A stretch of 64,000 bases of DNA, taken from the NCBI GenBank assembly GCA_048128005.1, contig JBEUKZ010000010.1, positions 248,001-312,000 of the forward strand, read 5' to 3'. Positions 27,397-42,024 of the stretch are shown piece after piece. Each line of letters begins with the position of its first letter. Within the stretch, counting starts at the first letter, position 1. The position numbers and the translations under genes were made by a program. Source of the DNA: Veleropilina oligotropha. Lineage: Eukaryota. The notes under the pieces are model-generated. The model worked only from the letters and a program-made list of their open reading frames with translations, searched no databases and was not told where the DNA came from.

Positions 27397-30090
27397 CTAT
27401 CCTTTGTAAGATTAACTTATTTATTCCATTAGATGATTGTTTGGAGGCTCGGATAATACATTTCTATATAGACGTACTTATTACATAACATCGATGCAAA
27501 ATAATACCATTATTTATATAAACTTTAACGACATCTAAACGATACTTTGTCAAAGACTATTTGTATATGCATTTGAATATGGAATTCAGTATAGGTCTAC
27601 TAAGAAAGTCAAAATATATAATCAGCAGGTGGGTATACTGAAATGATTAGTTTAAGTGCATCATTGTTATACAATTATATCATGTTATACGATTCATCAA
27701 TATAATTTTGGCTATATCCAGGGAGGGAGTGGGTGTGAACGACTCAATATGTGGCAAAAAAGGAATAAGTACATTTCATATTGCTACTTGTTAGCCGTAC
27801 AGAGTGGTGAAAATTCCTCCTATAAAATTTCATGCTACGACCATGAATTTATTATACATGTACTTTTTGTAAAAAAAATGTATAGTATGTATACAGTAGA
27901 GTCCAACGGAAGAAGAGGTCATATCGCAGAGGTTATTAACTATCAACAAATTGTAAGTAAGTAAAATATTATCTATATGTCCATGCGATGCGACAGTATT
28001 GTAAAGTAGTAAATCAGTGATAATGTTACAGCTCAATGTTACACAATGCCCAAATTAACTTCGACAGTGCCAAAATTGACGAAATTTTTATCATTCCAAG
28101 ATTCAGCTGACATCAGCATGCTTAATTACTACTTTTGATAAGATCACGAGATACCATCGGCTTAAATAAAGAACAGTCGTACTTTTGGATTAGTGTTCAC
28201 GTTCTCGTTTGTTTTAACTGATATCCATAATAATTGACAGGAATAAATACCATGCATTTGTCTCCTGGATCGAGGTGTATCACCAGTGTGCATTTTGTGT
28301 CCATTGATATAGCCATCTGTCACATTAATTCCGATGCACCAGACGCTAGAAGGCTGAAGTTGATTATGTAATAATTTCATCAAATAATCCAGATTGAAGG
28401 ATTTTATAACGGTAAGTGTGCCAATGGAAGTTATTTCCTAAAGTTATTATTTTAAACCTGTATATATAAAAGATGTTAATGCTTGAATATTTAAATTTAA
28501 CAGTCAATATTATTCTGATAATTAATTAGAGCAATTATCGTGATCAAAGATTCCGTTTGAGGACGCAGGTAACAATCTGTCCTCATATCAGCCCGGCGGC
28601 AACAATTAGCACATAACATTTGAAACTTTTACTTCCGTAAAATGGTCGGTTGGTCACCATGTTCCATATGTCGCTGCATGTTTGATATTTATTAATAAAA
28701 TGTAAATTGATTTGACAAGGTCAACCAACATGACCTTATTAACATATCTAAATACTTTGACGACTTTAATTTGATACAAGCTCGAACAAACAGGAAGTCG
28801 TGATCAAAGCTGTGTAAATTACAGGTAAACCACGGCAACTGTACAAACTTCATTTGGACGCTATCCGTCGGATTTAATTAAAAGTTTATACGAATAAATA
28901 GTTGGCCACATACTCTCAGATTACTTCTAGTTTTAATGAATGATCGTGCCAACACGTGTGTTGCAGTGTCCGTGCGATATCACGTGACCACAATAGTAGA
29001 GGGATCAATCAAATATAGCAAGACTTGGCCCTCTATTGTTACTGATATTTACATAAAATTAGGCGCGTGATTTGAAATATATTACCCCTAGCTAGAAATA
29101 TTTTACGATGTGTTCAGCAAAAGCTCGAGTATCATGTATTGAATGCATATGTTAGGTGGGTGATGGATAGGTGCGCGCTCGTGTGTTACGGAGAAAATAT
29201 ATTCATATTTCAAGTTCTTATTCCATATTAATATTTAATTATGTAGGAAATGTATTCATATTTCTATTGCTCATATTTGTAATTATAACTTACACGATAT
29301 CTTCACTCATCACAATGATTGTATACATTCATTGATTAGTAATTATAATTCATGTCTGAGTCTGCATTAATCATTGAATTCAGCTACATTAATTAGTACG
29401 TAACATTATGTAATTCTTGCGTTAGCATGATAATCTGTTTATACATGTATATTGATAGAAACATAATCATATATTCTGGAAAGTCATTATGAAACAATGA
29501 ATTTGCAGATACCTGTTTGACAGTTCCAAAATGTGTAAATTACAAGATGACGTTTGTATAAATTTGTCTGCATGATTTGAAAACATATCTTCGAGACGAG
29601 GATTTTAAATTTACATCGCGCTTTTTCAAGTGCAATATAATTATATGATATAAAGTTGACCATCGTAACCTCCACATTTAGTTCCACATATATGCTCTTC
29701 CAAGCATCATAAAGCTAAACTGCATCATGGAATATAATGTGAAGATTTATCTGCGCTTTCCCACACATACGAGATGCGTGCTCAAAGCGCTTACATTATT
29801 ATTCCCTGGTTATTGGCCTGTTCATTCAATATTCCTTCTCAACTCTCTCTGAGAGTATTACGGCCAAGTACATGCCTGTTAGGCGCTTGACCAGACATTC
29901 TGACATATTCTGCAACTGCCAACCAGGTTCCCATTTAGATCTCGGATCGGCTGGGTGTTAACTCTTCTGCTAACTTCAAACAATAAAGAGATTATGTTCA
30001 CTTCAAAGTGACTTTAATAATGTGGTAAAGTGGTCTGAGGAATGGAAAATTCTTTTCAACACCAGTAGATGTAGAGTACTGCATGTGGGC

Positions 30091-31627
30091 CAAATAAATC
30101 AGAAGGATGGATACGATTTGAAATCTCGAAGAACAAGCCCGGACACGATGTGGGGATCAAATTAAAGATCATTACGGCAAGGTGAAAGGTCATTTTTCGA
30201 AAATTTCATCGCCTTGCACAATGTCATGTAAGGGGTGAATAATACATGAAAGGAAATCATGGAATGTATAGGATCTGAAATATAGGCCGGACAAAGTCTG
30301 TGTTCTTTAAAGTACATTCTTACCTCTGTGATCTTGACCTTTGACCAAACAACAAAACTGAACATTGTTATACAATGCACTCACCCTTAGGGGAAAATTT
30401 GGTGGAAAAAAAATAAGGAAACAATAAAATATAGAAATCCCCAAATATGGAAATTTTTCATCAAGGTCACAGTGCCAAGGTCAAAGGTTAAAAGTGCAAA
30501 ATTTTAGCACCAAGCACATGATTGAAGTGTGGGCCATGCATCTACAAAGAAATTAGAAGGATAAAATTCGAAATCTCAGAGAACCAGACCGGACACAATT
30601 TAGGGGTCAAAGGTCATTACGGCAAGGTCGAGGGTCATTTTCGGAAAATTACGCCGCCTTGCACAATGACACGTTAAGGGGGTTAGCACACCACAGGAAA
30701 TCAGGCTGACATGTATAGAACCCTAGATCTAATCCGGACAAGGTGGGTGTCAGGAAAGTACATTTTGACCTCTGTGACCTTGACCTTTGACGGAAAAACA
30801 AAATTGAACATTGTTATATAATGTACTAACCCTGAGGAAAATATTTGGTGAAAAAATTTAAGAAAACAAAATATAAAAATGCTCAAATATGGAGATTTTA
30901 TCAAGGTCACAGTGCCAAGGTCAAAGGTCAAAAGTGCAAAATTTTTGCGCCCTGCACATGCTTGAAGTGTGGGCCATACATATATAAAGAAATTAGAAGG
31001 ATAATATTTGAAATATCGGAGAACCAGGCCGGACACGGTTTCAGGGTCAAAGGTCATTAGGTCAAGGTCGAAGGTTGTTTTCTCAATATTTTGGCGAAAA
31101 ACACAATGGTATAACAGGGGGATTTAACATACCAAAGTAAATCATGCCGGCATGTATACGACCTGAGATCTAGCCGAGACAAGGTGTGTGTCAGGAAAGT
31201 ACATTTTGACCACTGTGACGTTGACCTTTAACCGAACAACAAAATTGAACATTGTTATATAATGTACTCACCCTGGGGGGAAAATTTGGTGAAAAAATGA
31301 AGAAAACAATAAAATATAAATATACCCAAATAAGGTCACAGTGCCATGGTCGTAGGTCAAAATTGCAAAATTTTAGCGTCCTGCACATGCCTGACGTGTG
31401 GGCCATCATTAGGTCAAGGTCGAAGATCGTTTTCGCATAATTTTGCCAAAAAGCACAATGGCATGCTTGGACGATTGAACATATCAAAGGAAATAATGCT
31501 GGCATGTATATGACCTGAGATCTAGCCCGGACAAGAAAAGTGAGGACGAAGGAGGAGAATGAGAATGAGAAGGAGAACGGAGTGTAAAACAATATGTCTC
31601 TCCCATCCTTCGGATGGGGAGACATAA
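30091..31627 (-). mobile_element. Helentron-type element with TGACCTTGACC core repeats, 3'-truncated copy
   Basis: Minus-strand 5' hairpin TATGTCTCCCCATCCGAAGGATGGGAGAGACATA, (CTC/CTT)n, ~420-480-bp core units. Confidence 0.78.
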
Positions 31628-33077
31628 TTATGAAATGGGCTCAGAAACTTTAGAAGAAGTGGCAATAGAAAAAGAGCACTCAACCTCACAACATTATCTT
31701 TGATAAGGATAAGGGGTGATATGATTCAGGTGTTTAAAATGTTTACAGGAAAAGATAACGTTGACGATAGCTTCTTTTTTCAGATGAACCAAATGCATAT
31801 CAAGGGGCATCAATACAAGATTTACAAAAAATGATTCCGACTGGACGTTAGAAAACACTTTTCCTCAAATCGGATTGTCGATGAATGGAATGCTCTTCCT
31901 AATATTGTAGTGGAATCGACATCTGTAAACCAATTTAAAAATCGCAAAGGTGAGCATTTCAAGAAGCAGGGCGGGTTATAGACAACAAGACAACATCAAT
32001 GGGGTTTTGTATGAGTGGCAGTAATGCGCTTTCTAAACCCAAACAAATTCTATTTAAATCTATTGTCAATATTTATATTTTCACTTCAGAAAATAACGTT
32101 TTCAAAGATGGATTTAATTTAATTTTCAGTCATTTTTTACAAAAATGCTGGCCACTCATGCATGCCATTATCGACACGCTTTATTATGTGTGGTACGTGT
32201 ATTCACCTCTCTCTGAAGATGAATACCTGAGCAAATGACTATAATATTCTCTGCGCAATACGCTTTATACACAGATGACATCCTCCCATTGATCAGATGT
32301 CCATACCTCAAAAGACGCAGTATGCATACATGAGTTCGTTACATGGACGAGCTTGTTCAAACAATTTGCAACTTGTCAAAAGGTATCAGTATTATCAGCC
32401 CTGTGTCCATGAGCTGGTATAGCAACCTCATTGCGGTACGATTAAGGGACAGCGAGCTGTCCCCAGGGGATTTCGTGTCAATCGTTATCTATATCGCTTA
32501 TCGCTTATCGCTTATTTCTTGAAGATTCTTTGCTATAATCGTTACTAGATCGCATGACAAATCTGGTATTTGAGATGATTCTAATCTTTATATACCCATG
32601 AAATTAAGCTTAGTTTTACGTTGGGTAATATTTACGAAAAATGAATTTTGCCCTCAGGTGTGTTTATAAATATGCTAAGATACAAGAATGTTTTGCATAT
32701 ATAATATATAAATATTGCTTAAGAGCGAAAAGTTGTCAGTAGTTGTTAATTTTAACACGTCAACCCAGAAGTGATATTGTATACATTCTCAATCAGAGAA
32801 GCAGAAATGGCCATCTTGGCCATAAAGTGTCCCTTGCGTTATACATAGCCTACTAATCTCCTCTTTAACAACCTTATGCATGAAACAAATATTCCACGAA
32901 AAGCATGTTTTAAAATACTCAAAAGTGCGTGTCTAAAACATATATATCGCTTTATGTACAGGTCATTGCTAACTAGAGTACAGTATGTCAAGTAGAATTT
33001 CCGATAACATAATTATTCGGTATATAGAACAATATACCCACAGGGAACTGAATGTGGGCTAAAACAACAATACCTAT

Positions 33078-35340
33078 AACTAGAGGAGTTGTTTTTGTGT
33101 GAACAAAAACATATGTCTTCCCGTTTGAGAGAAATCATTCCACACTCAGACCCTCATGAAGTTCCAAAAGTGACAACCTATTGAAAATCAATAAGGGAAC
33201 ATAAAATTTTATCGTCCTGCACATGCTTGAAGTGCAAGCCAAGCATCGACAAATAAATCGGAAGGATGGATACGATTTGAAATCTCGAAGAACAAGCCCG
33301 GACATGATGTGGAGATGGAATTATAGATCATTACGGCAAAGTGAAAGGTCATTTTTCGAAAATTTCACCGCCTTGCACAATGTCATGTAAGGGGTGAATA
33401 TTACATGAAAGGAAATCATGCTGGAATGTATAGGATCTGAGATGTATAGGCCGGACAAAGTCTGCGTTCTTTAAAGTACATTCTTACCTCTGTGACCTTG
33501 ACCTTTGACCAAACAACAAAACTGAACATTGTTATACAATGCTCTCACCCTTAGGGGAAAATTTGGTGGAAAAAAATTAAGGAAACAATAAAATAGAGAA
33601 ATCGCCAAATATGGAAATTTTTCATCAAGGTCACAGTGCCAAGGTCAAAGGTCAAAAGTGCAAATTTTAGCACCATGCACATGCTTGAAGTGTGGGCAAT
33701 GCATCTACAAAGAAATTAGAAGGATACGATTTGAAATCTCAGAGAACCAGGCCGGACACAATTTATGGGTCAAAGGTCATTACGGCAAGGTCGAAGGTCA
33801 TTTTCGGAAAATTACGCCGCCTTGCACAATATGGAACGTACTATAAGGGGGGGGGGGGGGGGGGGGGGTTAGCACACCACAGGAAATTAGGCTGACATGT
33901 ATAGAACCCGAGATCTAATCCGGACAAGGTGTGTGTCAGGAAAGTACATTTTGACCTCTGTGGCTTTGACCTTTGAAGGAACAACAAAGTTTAACATTGT
34001 TATATAATGTACTAACCGTCAGGGAAACATTTGATGAAAAAAAATTAAGAAACAATAAAATATAAAAATGCCCAAATATGGAAATTTTATCAAGGTCACA
34101 GTGCTAAGGTCAAAGGTCAAAAGTGCAAAATTTTTGCGCCCTGCTCATGCTTGAAGTGTGGGACATGCATCTACAAAGAAATTAGAAGGATAAGATTTGA
34201 AATATCGGAGAACCAGGCCGGATACGATTTCGGGGTCAAAGGTAATTAGGTCAAGGTCAAAGGTCGTTTTCGCAATATTTTGCCGAAAAACACAATGGCA
34301 TGACAGGGGGATTTAACATACCAAAGGAATTCATGCTGGTATGTATAGGACCTGAGATTTATCCCGGACAAGGTGTGTGTCAGGAAAGTACATTTTGACC
34401 ACTGTGACCTTGACCTTTGACCGAACAAAAAATTGAACATTGTTATATAATGTACTTACCCTGAGCGAAAACTTTGGTGAAAAAAATGAAGAAACAATAA
34501 AATATAAAAATGCCCAAATAAGGTCACAGTGCAAAGGTCAAACGTCAAAAGTGCAAAATTTTAGCGTCCTGCACATGCCTGACGTGTGGGCCATGCATCA
34601 GGCGCGGATCCAGGGGGGGGGGGGCGCACCCGGCGCGCGCCCCCCATAAAGTTGGCCAAGCATACTAAAATAATATGTATAATTTGATACAAATGACTTT
34701 CAGAACATTATAAATAGGCTGTTGCAATGTAATAATGCAGGAGGGGGGATTTCACATCGTTAATTGTCAAAATTGTCTTGCGCGTGGGCGCCGACCCCAC
34801 GCGGACAATTTGATTATGACAAAATAAAATACAAATTTGACTCGTGTTATTTGAGTGACGGTGGTTCATAAAAAGTTAGAATGAAATATCGCTTTTGCCC
34901 TGTCAGAGTGCAGGAGATGGGGGTTACAGGATGTTGATTCTCAAAAATTTCTTTCGCGTGGGGCCCCGGCCCCACGTGAACAGTTGATTGTAAATTCAGC
35001 GCCCTCCCTAAGCGAAATTCCTGGATCCGCGCCTGATGCATCTATAAAGAAATTAGAAGGATAACATTTGACATCTCCGAGAACCAGGTCGACACGATTT
35101 CGAGGTCAAAGGTCATTATTAGGTCATGGTCGAAGATCGTTTTCGCATAATTTTGCCAAAAAGCGCAATGGCATGCTTGGACGATTGAACATACCAAAGG
35201 AAATAATGCTGCCACGTATAGGACCTGAGATCAAGCCCGGACAAGAAAAGTGAGGAAGAAGGAGGAGAAGGAGAAAGAGAATGAGAAGGAGAAGGAGAAC
35301 GGAGTGTAAAACAATATGTCTCTCGGATGGGGAGACATAA
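33078..35340 (-). mobile_element. Helentron-type element, complete copy inserted in a CR1 fragment
   Basis: Minus-strand 3' end GGGAAGACATA, hairpin TGTTTTTGT..ACAAAAACA, CTAGTT; flanks rejoin to the CR1 sequence ...ACCTATAA|TTAT... seen at 13491-13502. Confidence 0.82.
34599..35035. mobile_element. MITE with 16-bp TIRs and 6-bp TSD
   Basis: CAGGCGCGGATCCAGG / CCTGGATCCGCGCCTG; ATGCAT duplicated, and single in sister repeat units. Confidence 0.88.
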
Positions 35341-38300
35341 TTATGAAATGGGCTCAGAAACTGTAGAAGAAGTGGCAAAAGAAAAAGAGCACTCAACCTC
35401 ACAACATTATCTTTGATAAGGATAAGGGGTGATATGATTCATGTGTTTAAAATGTTTACAGGAAAAGATAACATTGACGATAGTTTCTTTTTCAGATGAA
35501 CCAAATGCATATCAAGGGGCATCAATACAAGATTTACAAAAAACGATTCCGACTGGACGTTAGAAAACACTTTTTCTCAAATCGGATTGTCGATGAATGG
35601 AATGCTCTTCCTAATATTGTAGTGGAATCGACATATGTAAACCAATTTAAAAATCGCAAAGATGAGCATTTGAAGAAGCAGGGCAGGTTATAGACAACAA
35701 GACAACTACAATGGGTTTTTGTATGAGTGGCAGTAATGCGCTTTCTAAACCCAAACAAATTCTATTTAAATCTATTTTCAATATTTATATTTTCACTTCA
35801 GAAAATAACGTTTTTAAAGATGGGTTTAATTTAATTTTTCAGTCATTTTTTACAAAAATGCTGGGCACACATGCATGCCATCATCGACACTCTTTACTAT
35901 GTGTAGTACGTGTATTCACCTCTCTCTGAAGATGAATACCTGAGCAAATGAATATAATATTCGCTGCGCAATACGCTTTATACACAGTTGACATCCTCCA
36001 ATTGATTAGATGTACATACCTCAAAATACGCAGTATGCATACATGGGTTCGGTACATGGACGAGCTTGTCCAAACAATTTGCAACTTGTCAAAAGGTATC
36101 AGTATTATCAGCCTGGTGTCCATGAGCTGGTATAGCAACCTCTCATAGCGGTACGATTAAGGGACAGCGAGCTGTCCCCAGGGGATATCGTGTCAATCGT
36201 TATCTATATCGCTTATCGCTTATCGCTTATTTCTTGAAGATTCTTTGCTATAATCGTTACTAGATCGCATGACAAATCTGGTATTTGAGATGATTCTAAT
36301 CTTTATATACCCATGAAATGAAGCGTAGTTTTACGTTGGGTAATATTTACGATCAAAATGAGTTTTGCCCTCCGGTGTGTTTATAAATATGCTAAGATAC
36401 AAGAATGTTTTGCATATATAATATATAAATATTGCTTAAGAGCGGAAAGTTGTCAGTAGCTGTAAATTTTAACACGTCAACCGAAATGAACAGATAACTG
36501 TGTCATGAGAGAATCGGTTTTAAATGGAGAAGCAGGGATCTTATGGTCACTGATCACTCATCTGGTGGGCGATTTTCGCAAATACCATAGGATCGTTGTA
36601 TGACACCTGTAATGAAACTAGCCAATTTCACTATATCTTGTATTAAAACACACTAATCGCTACTTAATTTAATTCTCTAAAGTTTATAAGTTTCTAAAAT
36701 TATGTTTTCAATCAGGGATTTGTAAATAAAACCATCAAACGTCATTTGGGTGCACGAGGAATACACTTTGAAATCATATTGCATTCGATGGTCATTAAAG
36801 AACGAATATAACCTATTTATTGTATAAATATAGATAAATGTCAAATCTTAACAATAAAAACATTTTATTCGACAATAATCATCGCTAATGGGATTTGTCA
36901 ATCCAGAATGGTATTTTATGCGTTCTCAGTCAGAGAAGCAGAAATGACCATCTTGACCATAAAGTGGCCCTTGCGTCAGGCTATATATAGCCTACTATAA
37001 TATCATCTTTAACAACGTTATGCCTGTAGCAAATATTCCACGAAAAGCATGTATTATTAAAATGCTCAAACGTGCGTGTCTAAAACATATATATATTTAA
37101 GTACAGGTCATTTGCTAACTAGAGTATGTCAAGTATAATTTCAGATAACATAATTATTCGGTATATAGAACAATATACCCTATTGGCACATATATGCTCT
37201 TCCAAGCATCATAAAGCTAACCTGCATCATGAAATATGTTACCTCTTCTGCGAACTTCAGACAATAAATAAATTATGTTCACTTTTCTATATTTATATTT
37301 TCCCTTCAGAAAATAACTTTTAAAGTTGGACGTCAATTTTAATTTTCCAGTCATTTTTTCAAAAATGCTGGTCATGCATGCACGTGTGTCATCATCAACA
37401 CTCTTTATTTTGTGTGATACGCGTATTCACCTCTCTCTGAATATGAATACCTGAGCAAATGAATACAATATACGCTGCGCAGTACGCTTTAATACACAGA
37501 TGACATCCTCCAATTGACCAGATGTCCATATCTCAAAATACGCAGTATGCACACATTGGTTCGTGACGTTGACGAGCTTGTCCAAACAATATGCAGCCAT
37601 TTTGCAAATTGTCAAAAGGTATCAATTTTATCAGCCTGTGACCATGAGTTGATATAGTACCCTCATTGAGGTACGATTAAGGGACAGTTCGCTGTCACCA
37701 GGGGATTTCGTGTCAATCGTTATCTATATCGCTTATTACTCGAAGATTCATTGATATAATCATTGCTAACTCGCATGACAAATCTGGTGATGGAGATGAT
37801 TTTAATCTGTATATATCCATGAAATGAAGCTTAGTTTAACGTTGGGTAATATTTACGATCAAAATAAGTTTTGCCCTCAGGTGTGTTTAGCAATATGTTC
37901 AGATACATGAATGTTATGAATATATAATATATTAATATTGCATAAGAGCGAAAAGGTGTCAGTAGCTGGTAATTTTAACACGTCAACCGAAATGAACAGA
38001 TAACTGTGTCGTGAGAGAATCGGTTTTAAATGAAGAAGCAGGGATCTTCAAAATTTATAACTTTCTAAAATTACGTTTTCAATCAGGGATTTCTAAATAA
38101 AACCATCAAACGTCATTTGGGCGAACGAGGAATACACTTTGAAGTCATATTGCGCTCGATGGTCATTTAAGAACGATTATAGCCTATTTATTGTATAAAT
38201 ATAGATAAATGTCATATCTTACAATAAAAACATTTTATTCAACAATAATCATCGCTAATGGGATTTGTCAATCAAGAATCGGTATTGTATGCATTCTCAA

Positions 38301-38934
38301 TCTGAGAAGCAGAAATGGTCATCTTGGCCATAAAGTTCCCTTGCATTAGGCTATAAATGGCCTACTAATATCCTCTTTAACAACGTTATGCCTGCAGCAA
38401 ATATTCCACGAAAAGCATGTATTATTAAAAGCTCAAACGTGCGTGTCTAAAACATATATATCTTTAGGTACAATTCATTTTGTAACTAGAGTATGTCAAG
38501 TAGAATTTCAGATAACATAATTATTCGGTATATAGAACAATATACCCACAGGGAAACTTGTTTGGACAACCCTATTGGCACATATATGCTCTTCCAAGCA
38601 TTATAAAGCTAACCTGCACCATGAAATATGTTACCTCTTCTGCTAACTTCAGACAATAAAGAAATTATGTTCACTTTTCTTTGCCCACCAATCGAAAATC
38701 AGGTGAAGTGAGTTCTGTAGCCAATTGCCTAAAGGGCTGGGCGCACAGGGTATGCGTCACGTCACGTACACGGCACGATTTCTTACTCCTGCGTGAGTCT
38801 AGCGTTAATCGATGAATGAACATGTTCATTCTTTATGACGTGAACCGGCAATAAATACTTATTTCTGCAGTAAAACTTGTAAATATTTCATTCCATGGAA
38901 CGTTTGTTCGGTGTTTCCCAACGATTTTAGTTTG

Positions 38935-41005
38935 CCAGACTTCTTTGTTGATAAAATAATCAAAATACGAAACACAATTTCGTTATCGCAAATGCAATCA
39001 GCCACAGATGAAATTTATGAAGCTTTAGATTCGAATCGTAATGACATTCAACTCTCGACGTTTGAACCGGCAACGAATGATGAAATTAAGTCGATCATTA
39101 TGAGGTCATCATCATTTACGTGCGCACTCGACCCTCTACCATCATGGATGCTGAAATCATGTTCAGATGAATTGTTGCCAATTTTGACACGGCTTGTCAA
39201 CATGTCATTATCCAATGCAGAAGTTCCAGAAAAGCGCATTGGTGAAGCCCTTAATGAAAGAGGCCAATTTGGATCAAAACAATCGGAAAAATTATCGACA
39301 GGTTTCTAATCTAAGTTTTGTTTCGAAACTTGTGGAACGTGTTGTAGCAATTCGACTAAACTCTCACATGAAAAATTACATGCTTTTGGACAAATACCAA
39401 TCAGAGTATCGCATGTTTCACTCCACAGAAACAGCCCTTTTGAAGGTCCAGAATGACATCCTTCAATCTCTTCATCAGAAACCAATGGTTGCTCACGCCT
39501 TACTTGACCTAAGTGCAGCTTTCGATACAATCGACCACAAAATCCTGTTAAGTCCCCTGAACTCCTACTTTGGAATCAAGCAATCGGCGCTTACATGGAT
39601 CAAGTCATATCTACATGAGCGACAACAAACCGTCATCATGAACGGCATGAAATGTGAACCTGCCTCTCTCCCTTACGGTGTGCCACAAGGTTCCGTCTTA
39701 GGTCCGATTCTGTTTTCAATGTATATCACGCCCGTAGCAGAAATTGCCTCCAAATACAATCTGGCCTATCATTTCTACGCAGATGACAGTGAAATATATG
39801 TTGCATTTGATCCCAAAAGCTCCTTCAAAGCAAGCCTATAACAGATTGGAGAGATGTGTTTCAGAGATCAAACACTGGATGTGAACAAACATGCTGAAAC
39901 TCAATGATGATAAAACTGAGTTTATAATATTTGGCTCAAGAAGTAACACCACAAAGGTCCGATATGTAAACTTACAAGTTGGTGAAACAGAAATAAACTC
40001 CAGCGAATTTGTAAGAAATTTGGGTGCTTAATTCGACAACACTATGTCAATGGAGAAATTCGTCTCTGATACAGTTAAATGCTTATTATTCTTTCTAAGA
40101 AACATCAGACGCATCTGCCGTTTGCTGACACCAGATGCAACGAAGCTTCTTGTGCATGCATATGTCATATCTCGCTTTGATTATTCCAACAGTTTACTTT
40201 TCGGAATAAATGCAAGCCTCATTAACAGATTGCAGCAAGTTCAGAATGCCGCAGCCAGGCTGATTTTACTTGCCCAACTAAGAGACCATGCAACCCCCCT
40301 GCTATATACCATGCACTGGCTCCCTGTTGAAAAACGGATTATCTTCAAAATTCTTACATTCGTTTACAATTCTCTTCAAGGAAAAACGACTGGATATATT
40401 AGCGACCTTCTGGCTCAATATCGACCTATTAGAGCACTGAGGTTGCAGCAATTACAACAGTTGGCAGAGAACAGAACGATGCATAAATATGGCGATAGAG
40501 CATTTATCACAATGCCCCAAAACTCTGCAACAAGCTTCCATCTAAAGGAAAGAAAAGTGCAACTCGGACAGGTTTTCGGAAGACATTGAAAACAGACCTA
40601 TTTGCTGATGTATATGCCGACCTGATCAAGTCTCACTAACAATTCGAATTCAGCTGATATCGTAGTAGTGGACGATAGTAATGACTACTCCACATTCGTT
40701 TTTTTGTTATTGCTTATATCATACATCCTATGTATCATTCAAAGTTGGTCGATGTTCAAGCAGGGGCTGCTTCACCTCTTTGTCTGATTGTGCTTGTAAA
40801 AAAAAAAAAAATTGAAAATACTAAAAAAAAGAAGAATCTTCTGTTTATTATTATTGCTTATTGTATTCATGGTATGTATCATTGATGTTAGACCTGCATA
40901 TTCTTATGCACTATATAATATTAGTTATAGTTTGTACGGCGCTTAGAGCTACACTAGAATAGGCGCATTATAAGTGTATTAAATAATAATAATAATAATA
41001 ATAAT
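38935..41005 (+). mobile_element. L2-clade LINE, 5'-truncated and degenerate
   Basis: CALDPLP, HSTETAL, LLDLSAAFDTIDH, GVPQGSVLGP, YADD, SRFDYSNSLL, HWLPV; GCGCTTAGAG..AGGCGC stem-loop tail and (AAT)n. Confidence 0.92.
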
Positions 41006-41050
41006 ATTAATAATATATATTATACACAATCGACATAAATGAAGAAACAA

Positions 41051-41233
41051 TATTGCCATCAATATCTAGCCGACTGCCTATGGCGTGCCGCACATATTGC
41101 CATCAATATCTAGCCGACTGCATGCCTATGGCGTGCCGCACATATTGCCATCAATATCTAGCCGACTGCCTATGGCGTGCCGCACATATTGCCATCAATA
41201 TCTATCCGACTGCCTATGGCGTGCCGCGCATAT
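41051..41233. repeat. 44-48-bp minisatellite x4
   Basis: TATTGCCATCAATATCTAGCCGACTGCCTATGGCGTGCCGCACA repeated. Confidence 0.92.
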
Positions 41234-41779
41234 TTTCAAGATGTGCATCATGATAGTCTTTGCATCAATGGTCATACAGAGCGTGGAGTTTCTGAACCTC
41301 TGTTATTATTTCCACTCATACATCTCCGCCACTGGAGCATGTTGTTTTTTGTTGTTTCTGTCGTCATTCTCTTTCTGCGGTACACGTGATGAGTGGTAAC
41401 CAAGGGTTTCCCAATTTTACTTTCTTGGAACCAGGAGCAGTTAGTAAAAATGGCATACTACAAAGAGAAAACATGTAAAATCGGAGGTTCCGGATCCGTC
41501 AATTCTGTTCTGAACGCACACGGACTTTGCCGAAATTTACGCATCCGTCACCTGAAATACCGTACTCACTGGGTCGGATCGGTTCCGCACCCAGTGTGGC
41601 CTGACCCCCTATTCATTTTCAGTGACGCATGCGCATCCTGTGTGACCAGCCCTTAAGCCTGACATGGATTATGCTACGTGGTTTACCGTGTGTCATGACA
41701 AGGAACATACGACAAAAGTCGTATACAACTTGGTTTAATGTGTGACACGGCTTTTTTAACTGTCTCTATAATCACATGT

Positions 41780-42024
41780 GCCGTCGTGGCTCAATGGGTT
41801 CTTCATATAGGACTCGAGATCTGTGAGGTTTTTCACAGAGTCTCGCGTTCGCCCCCAAAGCTCGGCGATTTCACTTGGGCTAGGTAATAAGCATATATTT
41901 GCCTCGGTCCACTCAGCCGATCTGAATGGGTACCTGGTTGACATTTATGTAAGTCATGTCGCTACCCGCGTGTAAATGACTGAAATGCTCCCAGGGGAAG
42001 TTGAGATGGCATATAGAGTGGAAC
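41780..42024 (+). mobile_element. tRNA-derived SINE (Deu/Nin-like core), 5' part; 3' part at 59675-59760
   Basis: A box TGGCTCAATGG, core CTCGGTCCACTCAGC..GAATGGGTACCTGG; tail GCGCATTGAGACA..ATGCGC resumes after the insertion. Confidence 0.7.

Larger units (their letters stand above)
29683..38680. repeat. Tandem segmental duplication of a ~1.4-kb unit (3 copies); two copies expanded by nested CR1 and Helentron-type insertions
   Basis: CACATATATGCTCTTCCAAGCA at about 29685, 37186 and 38579; 31630-33045 matches 35341-37180; insertion-free unit at 37186-38578. Confidence 0.85.
38733..41653. mobile_element. PIF/Harbinger-like non-autonomous element interrupted by an L2 LINE
   Basis: AGGGCTGG.CxCACAGG imperfect TIRs, TAA on both flanks, MADF-like remnant at 41230-41315 on the minus strand. 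Confidence 0.62.
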
